Below, piece by piece: positions 13,821-26,615 of a stretch of DNA of 64,000 bases (the stretch's first letter is position 1; the number at the start of each line of letters is the position of its first letter). The notes below the pieces were generated by a model. The model saw only the letters and a list, made by a program, of their open reading frames with translations. It was not told the origin of the DNA and made no database searches. This stretch comes from Lama guanicoe (Eukaryota): positions 11,522,873 to 11,586,872 of the forward strand of contig MU053881.1 of NCBI GenBank assembly GCA_013239625.1. Direction: 5' to 3'. The position numbers and the translations under genes were made by a program.

Positions 13821-14378
13821 TTAGGTATCTGGACCTTCCTTCCAGGCCTGCTTTCACTCTTGTTTTTCTGCAAAAGATTCTTTCTCATTCCTTCTCCTAG
13901 TACAACAGAGTCTTATTTTCTTCCAATTTCAGAACTGAGTTTTGAATTCTTTTCTGAGAGCCTGTTTTCTTCCTGCCACCATCTTCCTCTTTATTATGAA
14001 TTGTTGATTTTCATCCCTGCTATTTTAAAGTCCATCATTCAACACAGGAGCTTTCAACTGTATCCAATCCTCTAAAAGAGGCGCTTCATTAGTCATCTTA
14101 TTACTAAATCCTCAATGTTTATCCAAAGCATATTTTGGTCTAAGCCTTTGCTTATAATTTGCTAGTGTTGTTCCAAGTCTCTCTTTTGCCCAAATGCAAA
14201 GCTCCTACATAGGTATATTATAAAGTGAACGTGGTTGCCACTGTTAATAGGATGGACTTCTTCCTCTTCTTATTCTCCTTCTTCTCCTCCTCCTCCTGTT
14301 TTTTGGTCACTTCTTTATATCTATATCTTGAGGAAACAACTATAGGTGATGTAATGGCAAACAACATTTTCTATAAAA

Positions 14379-14544
14379 TGATGCTACTCAAAGTGTGGTC
14401 CAGTGAACAGAAGCACTGATAACATCTGGGAGCTTGTTAGAAATATAGACTCTCAGGCCCCACTCCAGACCCATAGAATCAGAATCTCAATTTTAACAGA
14501 TTCTTCACAATATTGTTTTGCACATTACATTTTGAGGAGCACTG
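14379..14544 (+). mobile_element. MER5A/MER5A1-like hAT-Charlie MITE
   Basis: tgctactcaaagtgtggtcc...ctgggagcttgttagaaat...caggccccactccagacc...gaatcagaatctc...tttgaggagcactg; near full length. Confidence 0.85.
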
Positions 14545-14884
14545 ATGTAGACTAAGTCCACTAGTCCACACGAACAACACATAGAATAGTGAAACAATAT
14601 AACACTATTTTAAAATATATCCATCTGTGCTTCTATACTCAGCGGCTCTGCTGTAAAAAGCTGATAAACGTAAGTTTCCTAAATTTCAAAGGAAATAGGT
14701 GATTCTATGCACAGATCAAGAATGGATGTTTCTGTTCGGAGATCAATGCCATTGCACAATGAATAGTTGTCAACTAAGGGGCAAGCACTGCGTTAAGGTT
14801 ATTTATTGGGATATAGCTTACAAAAGGGAGAGTCCCTGCCATTACAGAATTAGCAGGTACCATGACGAGAAATGCAATACGTTA

Positions 14885-15030
14885 ACTGACAATCACGGTT
14901 TAGTGTGATGTTGTACTGTAGTTGCTGAGGGACGGGGTCAAGGGGAGCACAAGGGATGCCAAGAAGACAGAGGAACAGCAATATACACTGCACTAACAGG
15001 ATCAGGGAAGGCTTCCTGGAGGAAACTGCT
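14885..15030 (-). mobile_element. L2 fragment
   Basis: gatcagggaaggcttcctggaggaa is a typical antisense L2 motif. Confidence 0.5.
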
Positions 15031-16764
15031 TCTTGTGATCATTGTAAAGCAGTAAAAACTGAAAAGTTGTAAGTCAAACTTAGTTTTACTGTGGCATAGG
15101 GCCAATCTCAATCATTATACTTATGTATTACAAATATTCCTCTCGGTTAAAGTTGTAGAGATGTAAAAGGGAAACTTTAAATTAAACCAGATACTCCACA
15201 AACAGATTTATAACTGGTAATGTATCTTTGCAGTGCATGAGCCTTTCTTCAGAGGTAGTCAGCAAGAAAAATGTGGGGACAAGGGCAAAAGTCAGAGCGC
15301 TTCATGCCTGTGTAGGAATGTTAGGCATCTTTGGGAAGATTGATCCTCCTTTCTTTGATGGAGTCAATAGCATTTAAAGGATTATGTAAATTGATACGTA
15401 AATTGAGTTTTAAGTTCCTTCTTTAAAATCCCCCTTTCCAGATGATCTCAACTCTGTTCCTTATATATAAATAAAATACAGTAGTTGAAATTGTGTCAGT
15501 CCTGTAAAAACATACTCATAACATCTGTCATGAAGTTTTAAGTGTAAATCAAGTTTTCTCTAAATTAGAATGATACTTTTCTTAGTTGCGCAGTGGCTAC
15601 TGGTGTTTGTTTAATCCCTAGTCTATAATTCATCATAAATATCATATATCATATGTGCTTTTTGGTGAATATTGTCCAATAAAGTAATTACAAAGAAAAG
15701 GACACTTTCCCAATCGTTAGTATTTTAATTGCAAAAGACTTAGCTTTGCTGCAGACGCTCTTAGAGTCGTATGCTAAAAATACAGGTTTTTTCTTGGAAA
15801 TTAGGGGCATGTTTTGCAACTGAGGAGAGAAAAAATAAGGTCCCCAGTTCTCTTGGTGCCTTTTCCCCCTCCTATTCCCTTTTTCAAGATCCTTGACCTA
15901 CTTTGTCATTTTAATACTTTATTTCCCTCCTCTCCAGTTTCTTATTCCCTTGACTATCCCTTACTTTCTCAACACCTAACAGCCAAACAAAATTGATCAA
16001 ATGGAAAGAGAAGGATTTTCCTTAGGGATGTAGGTTTAAATTTATTTCATTCCAAATTCAAAATTTCTTAAATTCTTGAAGTGGAAATTAACAGCTGGTA
16101 TAAACTTTTAGCTTGCAATCACCTCCTGAAACTTTCATGAAATTGGAAGAAAATTTACGTTGGCAGAGCCATTCAAGTTATCCGTTATTATGTGTTATCT
16201 TCCTACATAAATATCTAGTTATTTTTAGTTAATGAATTAATGAGCTGCTCCTTGAAATATGATAATTAACCACCGTTTGACTGATAGAAGAAATAAACTC
16301 TCTGATGGGGAAATGAGAGGCTTTCAGGAATTTTAATCCCTTATGCAAAGCATATTTGAGGCAAATATTACTACCCTGCACACTTCCCCTTGTTAGGGAA
16401 AGCTGTTTTCATTTCCATCAATCTCAGTCTATTTATTTAGAAATTACTGAGTTATTAGAGCTGCTGTCTGGTCTCTGGTGTTTAATTTTCACTCGGCATC
16501 ACATTTAGAAATCCTAGCTGCTGACGAAGTGCTATGTGGTTCCATTTCTGCATCTTCCAGTCCTATAAAATGAATCTTGCTGTGAAAAATGAAGATTAAT
16601 GGGCTTCATAATGACTCTCCCCTGCTAAAACTAATCTGAATAAAGAGGAAAGGAAGAGTGTGTGTGCATGGTGCTGATGGTGAGGAGAGAGTGAGATGGG
16701 AAGTGAAACACACACACAAAAAACAGTATGGATTTCTGGATTCCTTCGGATAAAAATAAGCTAA

Positions 16765-17346
16765 ATGGCATGGAGGTTCCTCAAAAAATTAAACACAGAA
16801 TTACCACATGCTCAGCAATATATACTTATGGGTATATACACAAAAAAAATTAAAAGCAGGGAGTCATATACATACATGCATGTTCATAGCAGCATTATTC
16901 AGAAGAGCCAAAAGGTGGAAGCAACCAAGTATTCATCAACAGATAAATGGATAAATAAAATGTGATATATACCTACAATGGAATATACAAGCCTTAAAAA
17001 TGACTGAGATTCTGACGAGTGCTACAACATGAATTAACCTTGAAGATACTATGTTAAGTAAAATAAACCAGTCACAAAAGGACAAATATTATATAGACCC
17101 ATTTATATGAAGTATTTAAAGTTGTGTAATTCACAAGTAAAGAAGTTAGAATGGTGGTTGCCACGAGCAGGAGTTGGGGTAATAGGAAGTCGTTTAATGG
17201 GGCACAGTGAGTTTTGGTAGATGAAGAGTTTTGGAGGTGGATGGTGATCATGGTTGCACAACAATGCGAATGCACTTAACGCTACCGAATTGTACACTTA
17301 AAATTGTACACATAAAAATTTTATGTTATGTATATTTTACCACAAT
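16765..17346 (+). mobile_element. L1 (L1MB-like) 3' end: ORF2 C-terminus and 3' UTR
   Basis: ORF 16765-16965 WRFLKKLNTELP...TDKWINKM resembles the L1 ORF2 C-terminus; 3'UTR ends ggttgcacaacaatgcgaatgcacttaa...gtatattttaccacaat, followed by an A-rich tail. Confidence 0.9.
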
Positions 17347-19253
17347 ACACAAACAAAAAATATGACACAAACCTAATAACCAACTCATGAACCAAGTAAC
17401 AACTTCTTACAAGTACAGCATTTCAAAATATAAGGAATAACCATTTCAAATATGTGTTGCCTTCTTTTTAAAATTGTTAGTAGTTTTTCAAAGGCTCCCC
17501 AAACAGGTATTAGTCATCAAAGGATTTGACCCTGTCTTTAAGGGAACAGGGACTCTGGGTACTCCCCATCAGATACCTTAAGCCCTGACAACCTTGTCCT
17601 TCTATGTTAAAGCAATGTCACAGACTGCTGATTTCTCTGAAAACAATTTTAGGTTTTGGAGATGAAAGCACTGACACAGGTAGTGCTTCTATGTTAAAAA
17701 AGAGACACAGTTCAAACAGGGAGTTGATAAATAGGGTGTGCTTTGTCAACTTGTGGATTTTCGATCATTTTCACGCCTTCACAGTTAATGACAGCAAACT
17801 TCATTACTCCTCCTGTTACAAATGTCAAGCTCATCTGGACACCTGAGAGTGAGTGTTCTGGCAGTACCTCTTCTATGGATGGTGGCAGCTTCCCAAACCC
17901 AGGTTACATACTTGACTTTTTAGTTATGTAAAAGTGTATTTGCTATGAATTCACAAACAGTCATGCTTATTTTTCCTCCTTAATTAATCTAATTAATTAA
18001 GTATTAGAAGTAGTCTAGGTGTGAGATTCACATAGATTAGAGTATTTGGAGGAATCCTAATGCTTCTTGTTTTGGGTTTGTAAAACAGGAAATTTAATAA
18101 AATGTGAAAGGCATAACAACTTTGTTAGTATGAAATGTGTGCATTTTATTTTTGTCTATTTTTTGTCGCTGCGTATTTTTAATAACCATATTCTCAATGA
18201 ATATTAATTATGATTGGAATTAAACACAATTTCTCAGCAGCATCTAATGCATCAAGCAATAAATTAGTAATCAGTATTTTTTTAGGTATGAAGAATGTCC
18301 ACTTTTTGAATGACAGTGAACAAGTTACTAAAGTCCAATTTCCTTTCTCCTCTTTCAGTTTCCAGAAAGTGTTACACACCATTGCTCTTTGCTTAATAGT
18401 GTGACATCCTGAGGCAGGCTTAAGTCTGACTCTGTTGAAGGTGGTCACTGATTCAGTGGCTTCTGTCTTCTTAGTAAATCAAACGATATAGCCCTCTTTT
18501 CCCACTCTTTTTTCAATTTAGTTTAATACTCTCTAGAAATTCCCAGTGCCTTTCTTTGCTAGGAATCTTATACATATTAACATTCATGGTAGTGGGCAGG
18601 GATTACTGTAAAAGGATTGACAGTGTCAGTGAACTACAGCTCTAGGGACAGGGATCCTATTTGATTCTATTCCATAAGATCAAAATAGGGTTATTTACAG
18701 CTGTGTTACAAAGTGTGATATATTTATAACAATACCTGGTGTTTGTTGAATATACGAAATATACCCAGGCCCTGGGCTAAGCATTTTACAAGCTCCACCT
18801 AGTAGGATACCTAAGATAATTTAAAGGGTTGCACAAGCATTCCATTAAACTAAGTAGAACAACAAAGAAAAAGTGAGTCCCTTTTCAACGGTCTTTCAAT
18901 CCTGATTAAATCATGTTGAAAGTACTAATTTGGTGCTAGTCTGTTTTCAACACCTCTGTAGTTGCTGGTAATCTTCCTCTTTCATAAAGAAAGAACCTTA
19001 GGGATAACTGATGACTATATTCAGCTAGATTTTATTAATGCTCTTTTGTATTTGTTTTCACTGTATTTATGATCAGCAATACAGGTATTCAATCAGTACT
19101 GGTGACAAAAAGTCTTTTTTGTAAATAAATAAGGTGGAGATAAAAACAGTCAATGTAAAGAGAAACAGTAAAGTATAATTCAGTAGTATTCAGATATGAC
19201 AAAATCAAGAAAGTGATTGATAGAAGAATGACCAGAGTAAATAAAACGTTGTA

Positions 19254-19441
19254 GAATTGATCTTTGAACAACATAGGTCTGCACTGCATCATTCCACTTA
19301 TACAGAGATATTTTTCAGTAGTAAGTACTAAAGTTCTCCACGGGCCATGGTTGAATATTCAGATATAAAGGAACTGAGGATATGCAGGGCCAAGTATAAA
19401 TTATCGGTGGATTAATCCCTGCATTGTTCAAGGGTGAACTA
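19254..19441 (+). mobile_element. MER8/Tigger-type TcMar MITE
   Basis: Degenerate TIRs gaattgatctttgaacaac ... ttgttcaagggtgaacta (consensus cagttgacccttgaacaac); left end preceded by TA. Confidence 0.8.
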
Positions 19442-19844
19442 CAGTAGAAAATAGGGTGACTACAGATCTAAGACCATGAGGGTTGACTAAAAACTAAAAG
19501 GGTGAGCTATTTGTGGATTCAACATGAATCACCAAGAACACTGTCTACGCTGGTCACTGTGTCCAGAGCTATGAATATGATATTCATAAACCCTGACTCA
19601 GTGAAGCACATCATTTGTCAGGGGAGAGGGGCATTAAACAGATTATTACAGTAAAGTGTAATGACACTTCCTATTAAAAACTTTATAAAACAAACAAAAC
19701 AAAAAGCTCATAGGGCCTGGACTTCTTCTTAGAAATTATACATCCAAAAGAATTATATTGACATTCAAGCAGATAAAATTGGATTTATTTGATTATTCAT
19801 TTAATCAAAAAAGCTTGCTTCCTATTGGACTGTAGATACGTTTT

Positions 19845-19965
19845 CAGACCTCTCTGAGTCTCAGCTCCATAATCACTACAGTTGTGAGGATTAAAGAAAG
19901 TGGGTTTTGTAAAGTGCTTAGCTCACTGCCTTGCACATCTTATGAATTTAGTAAATGATAATCAT
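19845..19965 (+). mobile_element. MIR fragment
   Basis: cctctctgagtctcag...gttgtgaggattaaa...tgtaaagtgcttagc. Confidence 0.65.
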
Positions 19966-21329
19966 TTTTATTAATGTGTGTCTATAATGTGACAGTGGCT
20001 GTCAAGTGATTAACATCAAAGTTACATATAGCTTCTGTCTAGTAAAAAGGAGATGGAAGATAATTCCAAGCAGAAGACAGAGAATCTATGAGATTAGTAA
20101 AACCACAATGACTCACAGGTGCAACTGAAACATGAGAGGTAAATGGTGAGACATGAACTTAGAAAGGTAAAATGATAAAATATGTGTAGCTAAATAAGCA
20201 ATTTAGTTAAGTAATAACTTGACTCTATGTTTCAGTGTCTTTATGGCTTTTTTGCTTGACAAACCCCCTAAAATTAGGTTGATGTCATACATTTTTCATC
20301 ATAAATTCAGTAGCAAAGGATGTGACTTCTACGGAGTTATAAACAACACTGAATTTAAAATAAATCTTAAATATGTTGAATAAACCCATTTTCTATAGTT
20401 AATATGAAAATCATCATCTCTTTTGAAAATAGATAAACAAATTCACCTTTAATAGTTGACAACTTAATATCATCAATTTTTCTTCTTGAATTCTACTCCA
20501 TTTTCCCTATGGAGTTATTTTTTCTGACATTACAGTTATATCCTGGAATATTTTTATAAGCTATCCTACCATAATGCTCTATTAAAAATGATAAAAATTG
20601 ATTTAAAAAATTTCTGTGCCCAAAAGACTTCAGATATTGTTTTCCTTTAGACTGAATTTTAAGAAAGATTGCTACTGCTATACAACATAAAATATTATAG
20701 ATTTTAATCAAGAATTACTCAAAATAACAAAATTTTATTTGAGCTTTATTCTTTAATAACCATGTTAAGACATTTTATAATTAGTTCATATAACCACAAA
20801 TAAAAATGTTAAGTAAGCATCAAATCTATGTTCATTTTTATTTCACAGATATAAGTCTTGAGAATTCGGCCATTAATATGTAGATAGGCAAAGGAAGAAT
20901 TATCTTCTACCCTGGCATTCAATTCATATCAATTGTTTTAGATATTTTGTCAAAATCACATAGTATTGTTTCTCAAAAAAATGTAGGCAAATTTTATTGG
21001 AAACAAAAAATAGTAAACTGTATGACTCACAAAGGTACTTGTTATCTAGTCATTAGCTTTATTCATTTTCTCAAACTAACACTGATGTTTTGAGTTTTGC
21101 TTTTGCTCAGCATCAGGTTTCTACTTGCTCATGCAGTGTGCCATAAGACTAAAAGGTATGCTTTCTTTTTAAAGTGGAAAAAGGTCAACAAGCCATGGTG
21201 CCTCAGCCATAGATGTCTAGGAAATATATATATACTCTAGGAAAGAGTATATATAGTATTTAATCTGGTCTAGTCTACATCTATATTCTCCATATCTTTT
21301 GGAAATTACTTCTATAAATATAAAGCCAT

Positions 21330-21740
21330 CAAAATGTTTTAAGTAGGAAAAATATCTCTTACTGCTTTAGTTGTCAGAAAATAATTCTAATGTCAACAGA
21401 GAGGATTAATTGAGTGGAGGGTTGATTTATTAGGAGGGTCTTGCAATATTTACATGGAAAATATGTAACATCTTTTAGGATATTATATTTCCTAAAAATA
21501 TATTTTAAAAGCAAGATCAACAGACTTTAGTGATTGAGGATTTTTAAAGAATAACTCCAGGTAAGTTCAAAAGTCACTAATCAACTTACTGATTTTGGGT
21601 ATCAATGCCATTAACTAGTAGCAGAAATACAGAGGGAGAATATACTTAAGAAAATTTGACTTGAGCACTGAATTTAAGATGCATGTGGAATATTCATAGG
21701 ATATCCTAAAGATATTTACATATGCAACTCTGGAAAGAAG
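21330..21740 (-). mobile_element. L2 internal fragment
   Basis: Degenerate antisense L2 motifs (gatcaacagactttagtgattg; atgccattaactag; ctgaatttaagatgcatgtggaatattc). Confidence 0.55.
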
Positions 21741-21749
21741 TGGAGTTTA

Positions 21750-24112
21750 AAGAAACATGGTTGAATAAGAAGTCCCTTGTAATACCCTACCCTCAACAAC
21801 AATAATTTGGCATCAATCCATAAACACACATACTTTTGTAGGAGCTGAGGGATCCAGGACCATATGCTAAGAAACCCAGAAGGATTTTCATTCACTCATG
21901 TGTTGGGTAATAGGCATATAGAACACAGAAGTGAGAAGCGGGTGTAAAAGGGTAGAATTTTTGTAGGCAATTGCAGTGAAAGATGTTAGAGTAAAATAGA
22001 CCATGATATCTATAAGATGTTTTGTGTAAGCTTCATAGTAATAGCAAAGCAAAGGCCAGCAATAGATACACAAAAGAAAAACAGAATGGAATCAAAGTAT
22101 GCCACTACAAAAAAAATCAATTCAAAATGAAGGCAACAAGAAAGAGAGAAAGGAAAAAAAGGACAACAAACAAGTCAGAAAACTATTAATACGATGGCAT
22201 CAGTAAGTCTTTATCCATTAATAATTATTCTTATTGTAAATGATTTAAATTCTCCAATCAAAACGCATATAGTAATGGATGGATATGAAAAACCAGCCTA
22301 ATTATATGCTGCCAGCAAGAGACTCACTTCAACTTCAAGAACACACACAGGTTCAAAGTGAAGGGAGGAAAAAAAGGTATTCCATGTAAGTGGAAGACAA
22401 AAGAAAGCTGGGGTAGCTATACTTACACCAGACAAGACAAATTTTTCAGCCAAAAACTGTAACAAGAGACAAAGAAGGTCATTATGTAATGATAAAGTTG
22501 TCAATTCATCAAGGGGATACAATCATAAATACATATGCACCCAACATCAGAGCACCTAAACATATTAAACAAATACCAACAGATCAGAAGGGAGAAATAG
22601 GTAATAGGGTGTTAATAGCAGCAATAAATCACACAGACAGAAAATCATTCAGGAAACATTGCACTTAAAGTATAATTTAGAACAAATAGATCTAACATAT
22701 ACACACATAATATTCCATACAACAGCAGCAGAGTACATATTCTTCTCAAGTATACATGGAACATTCCCCACATAGACCATATAATAGATCACAGAACAAG
22801 TCTTAACAAATATAAGAAGATTGAAATCATGCCAAATATCTTTTCCAACCACAATAATATGAAACCAGGAGTCAGTAACGGGAGGAAAACTGTAAAATTC
22901 ACAAATACGTGGAAATTAAACACCACACTGCTGAACAACCAGTTAAAGAAGATATCAAAAGAGAAGTCAAAAAATATGTTGGGACAAATGAACATGAAAT
23001 TACGACACACACCAAGACTTATGGGATAGTGATAAACATCTACATTAAGAAAAAAGAAAGATTTCAAATAAACAACATACCCTTACACCTCAAGGAATTG
23101 CAAAAAGGTCAAAGCTAGCAGAAAAGAAGAAGAAGAAGAAGAAGAAGAAGAAGAAGAAGAAGAAGAAGAAGAAGAAGAAGAAGGAGAAGGAGAAGGAGAA
23201 GGAGAAGGAGAAGGAGTAACAAAGATCAAAAAGAAAGTGAGCAAAATAGAGATCAGAAAACAACAGAAAAGATCAACAAAACTAAGAACTGTTTTTTGAA
23301 AATAAGGAGATTGAATCAATAAGCAAAATCCCCTAACAAGGAAAAGCCAAGGACAAGACGGTTTCACTGGTGAATTCTACTAAACATTTAAAGAAGAATT
23401 AATACCAATTCTCAAACTGTTTCCAAAAATTGATAGAAAGTAACACTCCCAACACTTACGAGTACACCCAAGTCAGTTACGAATATTACCAGACTGGAAA
23501 TCTAAAGGCCAATAACCCTGATGAACACAGATACAAAAAACTATCAAAAAAAAATTAATAAACTGAATCCAGCAGCACATTAAAAGGATTATACACCATA
23601 ATCAAGGGATTTAACTCTGGGATGCAAGGACAGCTCAACATACGTAAACCATAAATATATCATTTTGATAGAATGAAAGATAAAAACCAGATGATCATTT
23701 TAATAGATGCAGGAAAAGTGTCTGATAAGATACCATATCCTTTCATGATAAAAGCTCTCAATGAGTTTAGTATAGAAGGACTGTAACTCAGAATAATAAA
23801 GGCCATAATGACAAACCCACAGTGACACAATACTCAACATTGAAAAGCTGAGAGCCTTTCTTCTAAGATCAGGAACAAGATGAGGCTGCCCACTTATACC
23901 ATTCATACTCAGCATAGTAGTGAAAGACCTAACCAGAGCGATCAGGTGAAAAAAAAGAATATAAAAGGCATTCAAATTGGAAAGGAATAAGTAAAATTAT
24001 CTATCTTTGCAGACAATGTGATGTTATACATAAAAAAAATTCTAAAGACTCCACAAAAAAACCGTGAGTTCTAATTAACAATTCAGAAAAATTGCAGCAC
24101 ACAAATCAACAC
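21750..24112 (+). mobile_element. Old L1 (L1MA9/L1MB-like): short 5' UTR, inter-ORF spacer and disrupted ORF2 (endonuclease through RT), 3' truncated
   Basis: ORF2 start atggcatcagtaagtc at 22194; EN motifs (tgctgccagcaagagactcac = CCxQETH; YAPN; SNHN); RT motifs (GMQG; FADN at ~24006); many stops, frameshifts and internal deletions. Confidence 0.92.
23126..23216. repeat. Compound (GAA)19(GGAGAA)5 microsatellite inside L1 ORF2
   Basis: Counted directly. Confidence 0.95.
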
Positions 24113-24431
24113 CTGTTGCCATGTCTGTGTCAAGTCCTAAATGAAAGAGCTACCAAAACAAATATGAAGAAGAGAGTTCAATGGCTCATTGGTCACTCTA
24201 CTCTGATACATATTTAAGGTTTGCCATGATGGGTCACTAACCCTTAAAAACACTGATGGTAAAAGAACAAGATGTCTATGTTAGAATCTGCCTTCGGTCA
24301 AACATTGATGTCCTGCGAAACCTTCTTTGAGTCTTACTACTGAGAAGTCTAATAACCAGTATTATCAGGAAAAGTTTTATGGTTCATTTGCTGTTGTTAT
24401 TAATTCATATTAAAATGAAAGTGCATGCTAC

Positions 24432-24641
24432 ATACTTATATGAGTATCTATTAGATACTCATATAAGTATCTAATAGAGTATCTATTAGATACTCATATA
24501 AGTATCTAATAGAGTATCTATTAGAAAGTTGGTACATATTGATTATCCATACAAGTTTTAATATACAAAATAAATTGAGTCAATGCATTGAGAGTATCTA
24601 TTAGAAAGTTGGTACATATTGATTATCCATACAAGTTTTAA
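24432..24641. repeat. Complex local repeat: palindrome with 19-bp arms, 35-bp tandem x2.4, and a 50-bp exact direct repeat
   Basis: See findings; verified base by base. Confidence 0.95.
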
Positions 24642-26479
24642 GTATTTATATGTTAAAGAAAAATTGTTCTTAACTTTTTAAACGAACATTTTCTGCCATA
24701 CTAAATTTACTATTCCAAATATAATTTGAAATTTATACTATTCTTACATTTTGTTAGGATTCTTTTTTTTATCTTCAGTGAAGATAGTAAACTAATTTAG
24801 AAATGAATGGTATCGGTGAGTGAACTGAACATACAGTCAGTACAAGACCTACTTGAAGCTCTTAATTTCTCACTTTGCCAATCATATTTTTTATATCACA
24901 AGTACTTCTTAGCTCTGGCACCCATATTTATGCCCCTTCCCCCACAAAAAGAGAAAGAGAACACAAAGATTTTGTCTCATTTTGAAGTCAGGAGGCAGAC
25001 TGGCTGATAAGATTTAATGTCCCAGCAATACGATATTCAGTACACTCCCATTGACTTAAGAGGATAGGGGGGAAACTATTTTAAACTTAGATTTACCGGC
25101 AATGGCTGAATATATTTTACACTATTTATATGATGATTTGCTGCCTCCACAACTGAAAACTTTTGAGTGCTGGACATATGCTGTCTATCTGCTCTCCACT
25201 ATTATTCAACGTTTTTACATCTGATTCTTAGCCAGTAGAATGTAAGATGTTCTTGAATATGTTGATGATTTCAATCATTCTACAGTTTTTTGTTTTTTTG
25301 TTTTTTTAATCTTTTGGCAATGGCCTTCACTAAAATTGTTATACTTAACTGTATTTTGTTTATTTAACTTATCCATATTTAAATATCTGTTTACCTTTTT
25401 GTAGCAACAGTTATTTAATCTGAGGTAAAGGCCATCTGACCAAAATTCTGGACTTACATCAGGACTTAATGAAAATAATAAAGCTGTGTTTTACAAAGTT
25501 GAAATTAAGCTTATTACTAAAGAGATGAAATATATGCAAGAAGCAATAAATTTCCACCAATTTTTTCTCTCCCTCTCTCACAATGCATAACATAGTATTT
25601 TACATATTAAAAATTTTAACTTTTAATTTCTGTCTTATAACATCAAATATTAGTTATCATTGAAGTGTTCTTATCAGAACTTTTATAAAAATACATCATT
25701 TCCTTCAGTAAAAAGAATAGGGAAGGCGCAAGGAACATTTTTTCCCTCTGAAACTATCTTCTAAGTGTGACAAATAATTTATTTGAAATAAGATAAGAAT
25801 AGTTTTAACTCCAAAAAGAAAAATTGCATTTTAAATTGGTTACAGCAGTCAAAATTTAATGGGTAAAAGGAAGTTTGCGATAGTATTATACTAGCTTCAT
25901 AGTCAATGAAATTTTAATTTTCTCTTCAAACAATATTGTCATCACCATAAAATTTTCTATAGTAGAGTTTTACAATTATCTAATTTCAGAAAACTTGAAT
26001 GTCATTCTCTCCTTTGTTTAAACCATTTTAAAATACACACAGGTAGAGTCACACTTACAATGTTTTTCCACTGCTGGGGTTATTCTTGGAAATGTTGAAA
26101 ATTTCCATGTACCTACAAATACTTGGTCTCAGGAGAAAGTGGGGAAGCATATAACATAGACAATTTTAAGAATAACCGTGATATGTATTTTGAAGGACCA
26201 ATTATTGAAAGATTTCTCTATTGAATTATTTCTTTTTTACATCATTTGGCTTACCTTTTCCTCCCTATCAGTTTTTGATCTCGTTTTGTGGGGAGCTTAG
26301 GTTTAGTCTATCTTTAAATCCAGTGTACATTAGAACTTTGGAGAAAATGTGAGCTGGGTTAACACTAAAGCTTTGATGAAAGAAAGCCATTTCCTGACAA
26401 ATGGAGCCTTCTTCTCCCTGTCTCCCCACTGCATGTCTGCACATTTCTTAGTCACTAAGGACAAGAGTTCTGCAAACAG

Positions 26480-26615
26480 ATGTATATCCTAGCTTACTAG
26501 TTATTTGACCTTGTGACAATCACTTAACATTTTTGTCTCAATTTCCTTATCTGAATTCAGGGAACAAAATCAATGTTGAGCCTCCTTCAGACAAGCATTG
26601 TGAGGATCAGATTAT
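26480..26615 (+). mobile_element. MIR SINE
   Basis: cttactagttatttgaccttgtgacaatcacttaac...tctcaatttccttatctg...ttgtgaggatcagat. Confidence 0.75.

Noticed and set aside
15090..15465. Possible old minus-strand LTR remnant
   Set aside because: Resemblance too vague; no termini or TSD that I can define.
23083..23367. Ser/Pro-rich 94-aa ORF
   Set aside because: Antisense translation of the GAA/GGAGAA microsatellite in L1.
24511..24640. CRISPR-like repeat-spacer-repeat
   Set aside because: Only two repeat copies, mammalian context, no cas genes; local duplication explains it.
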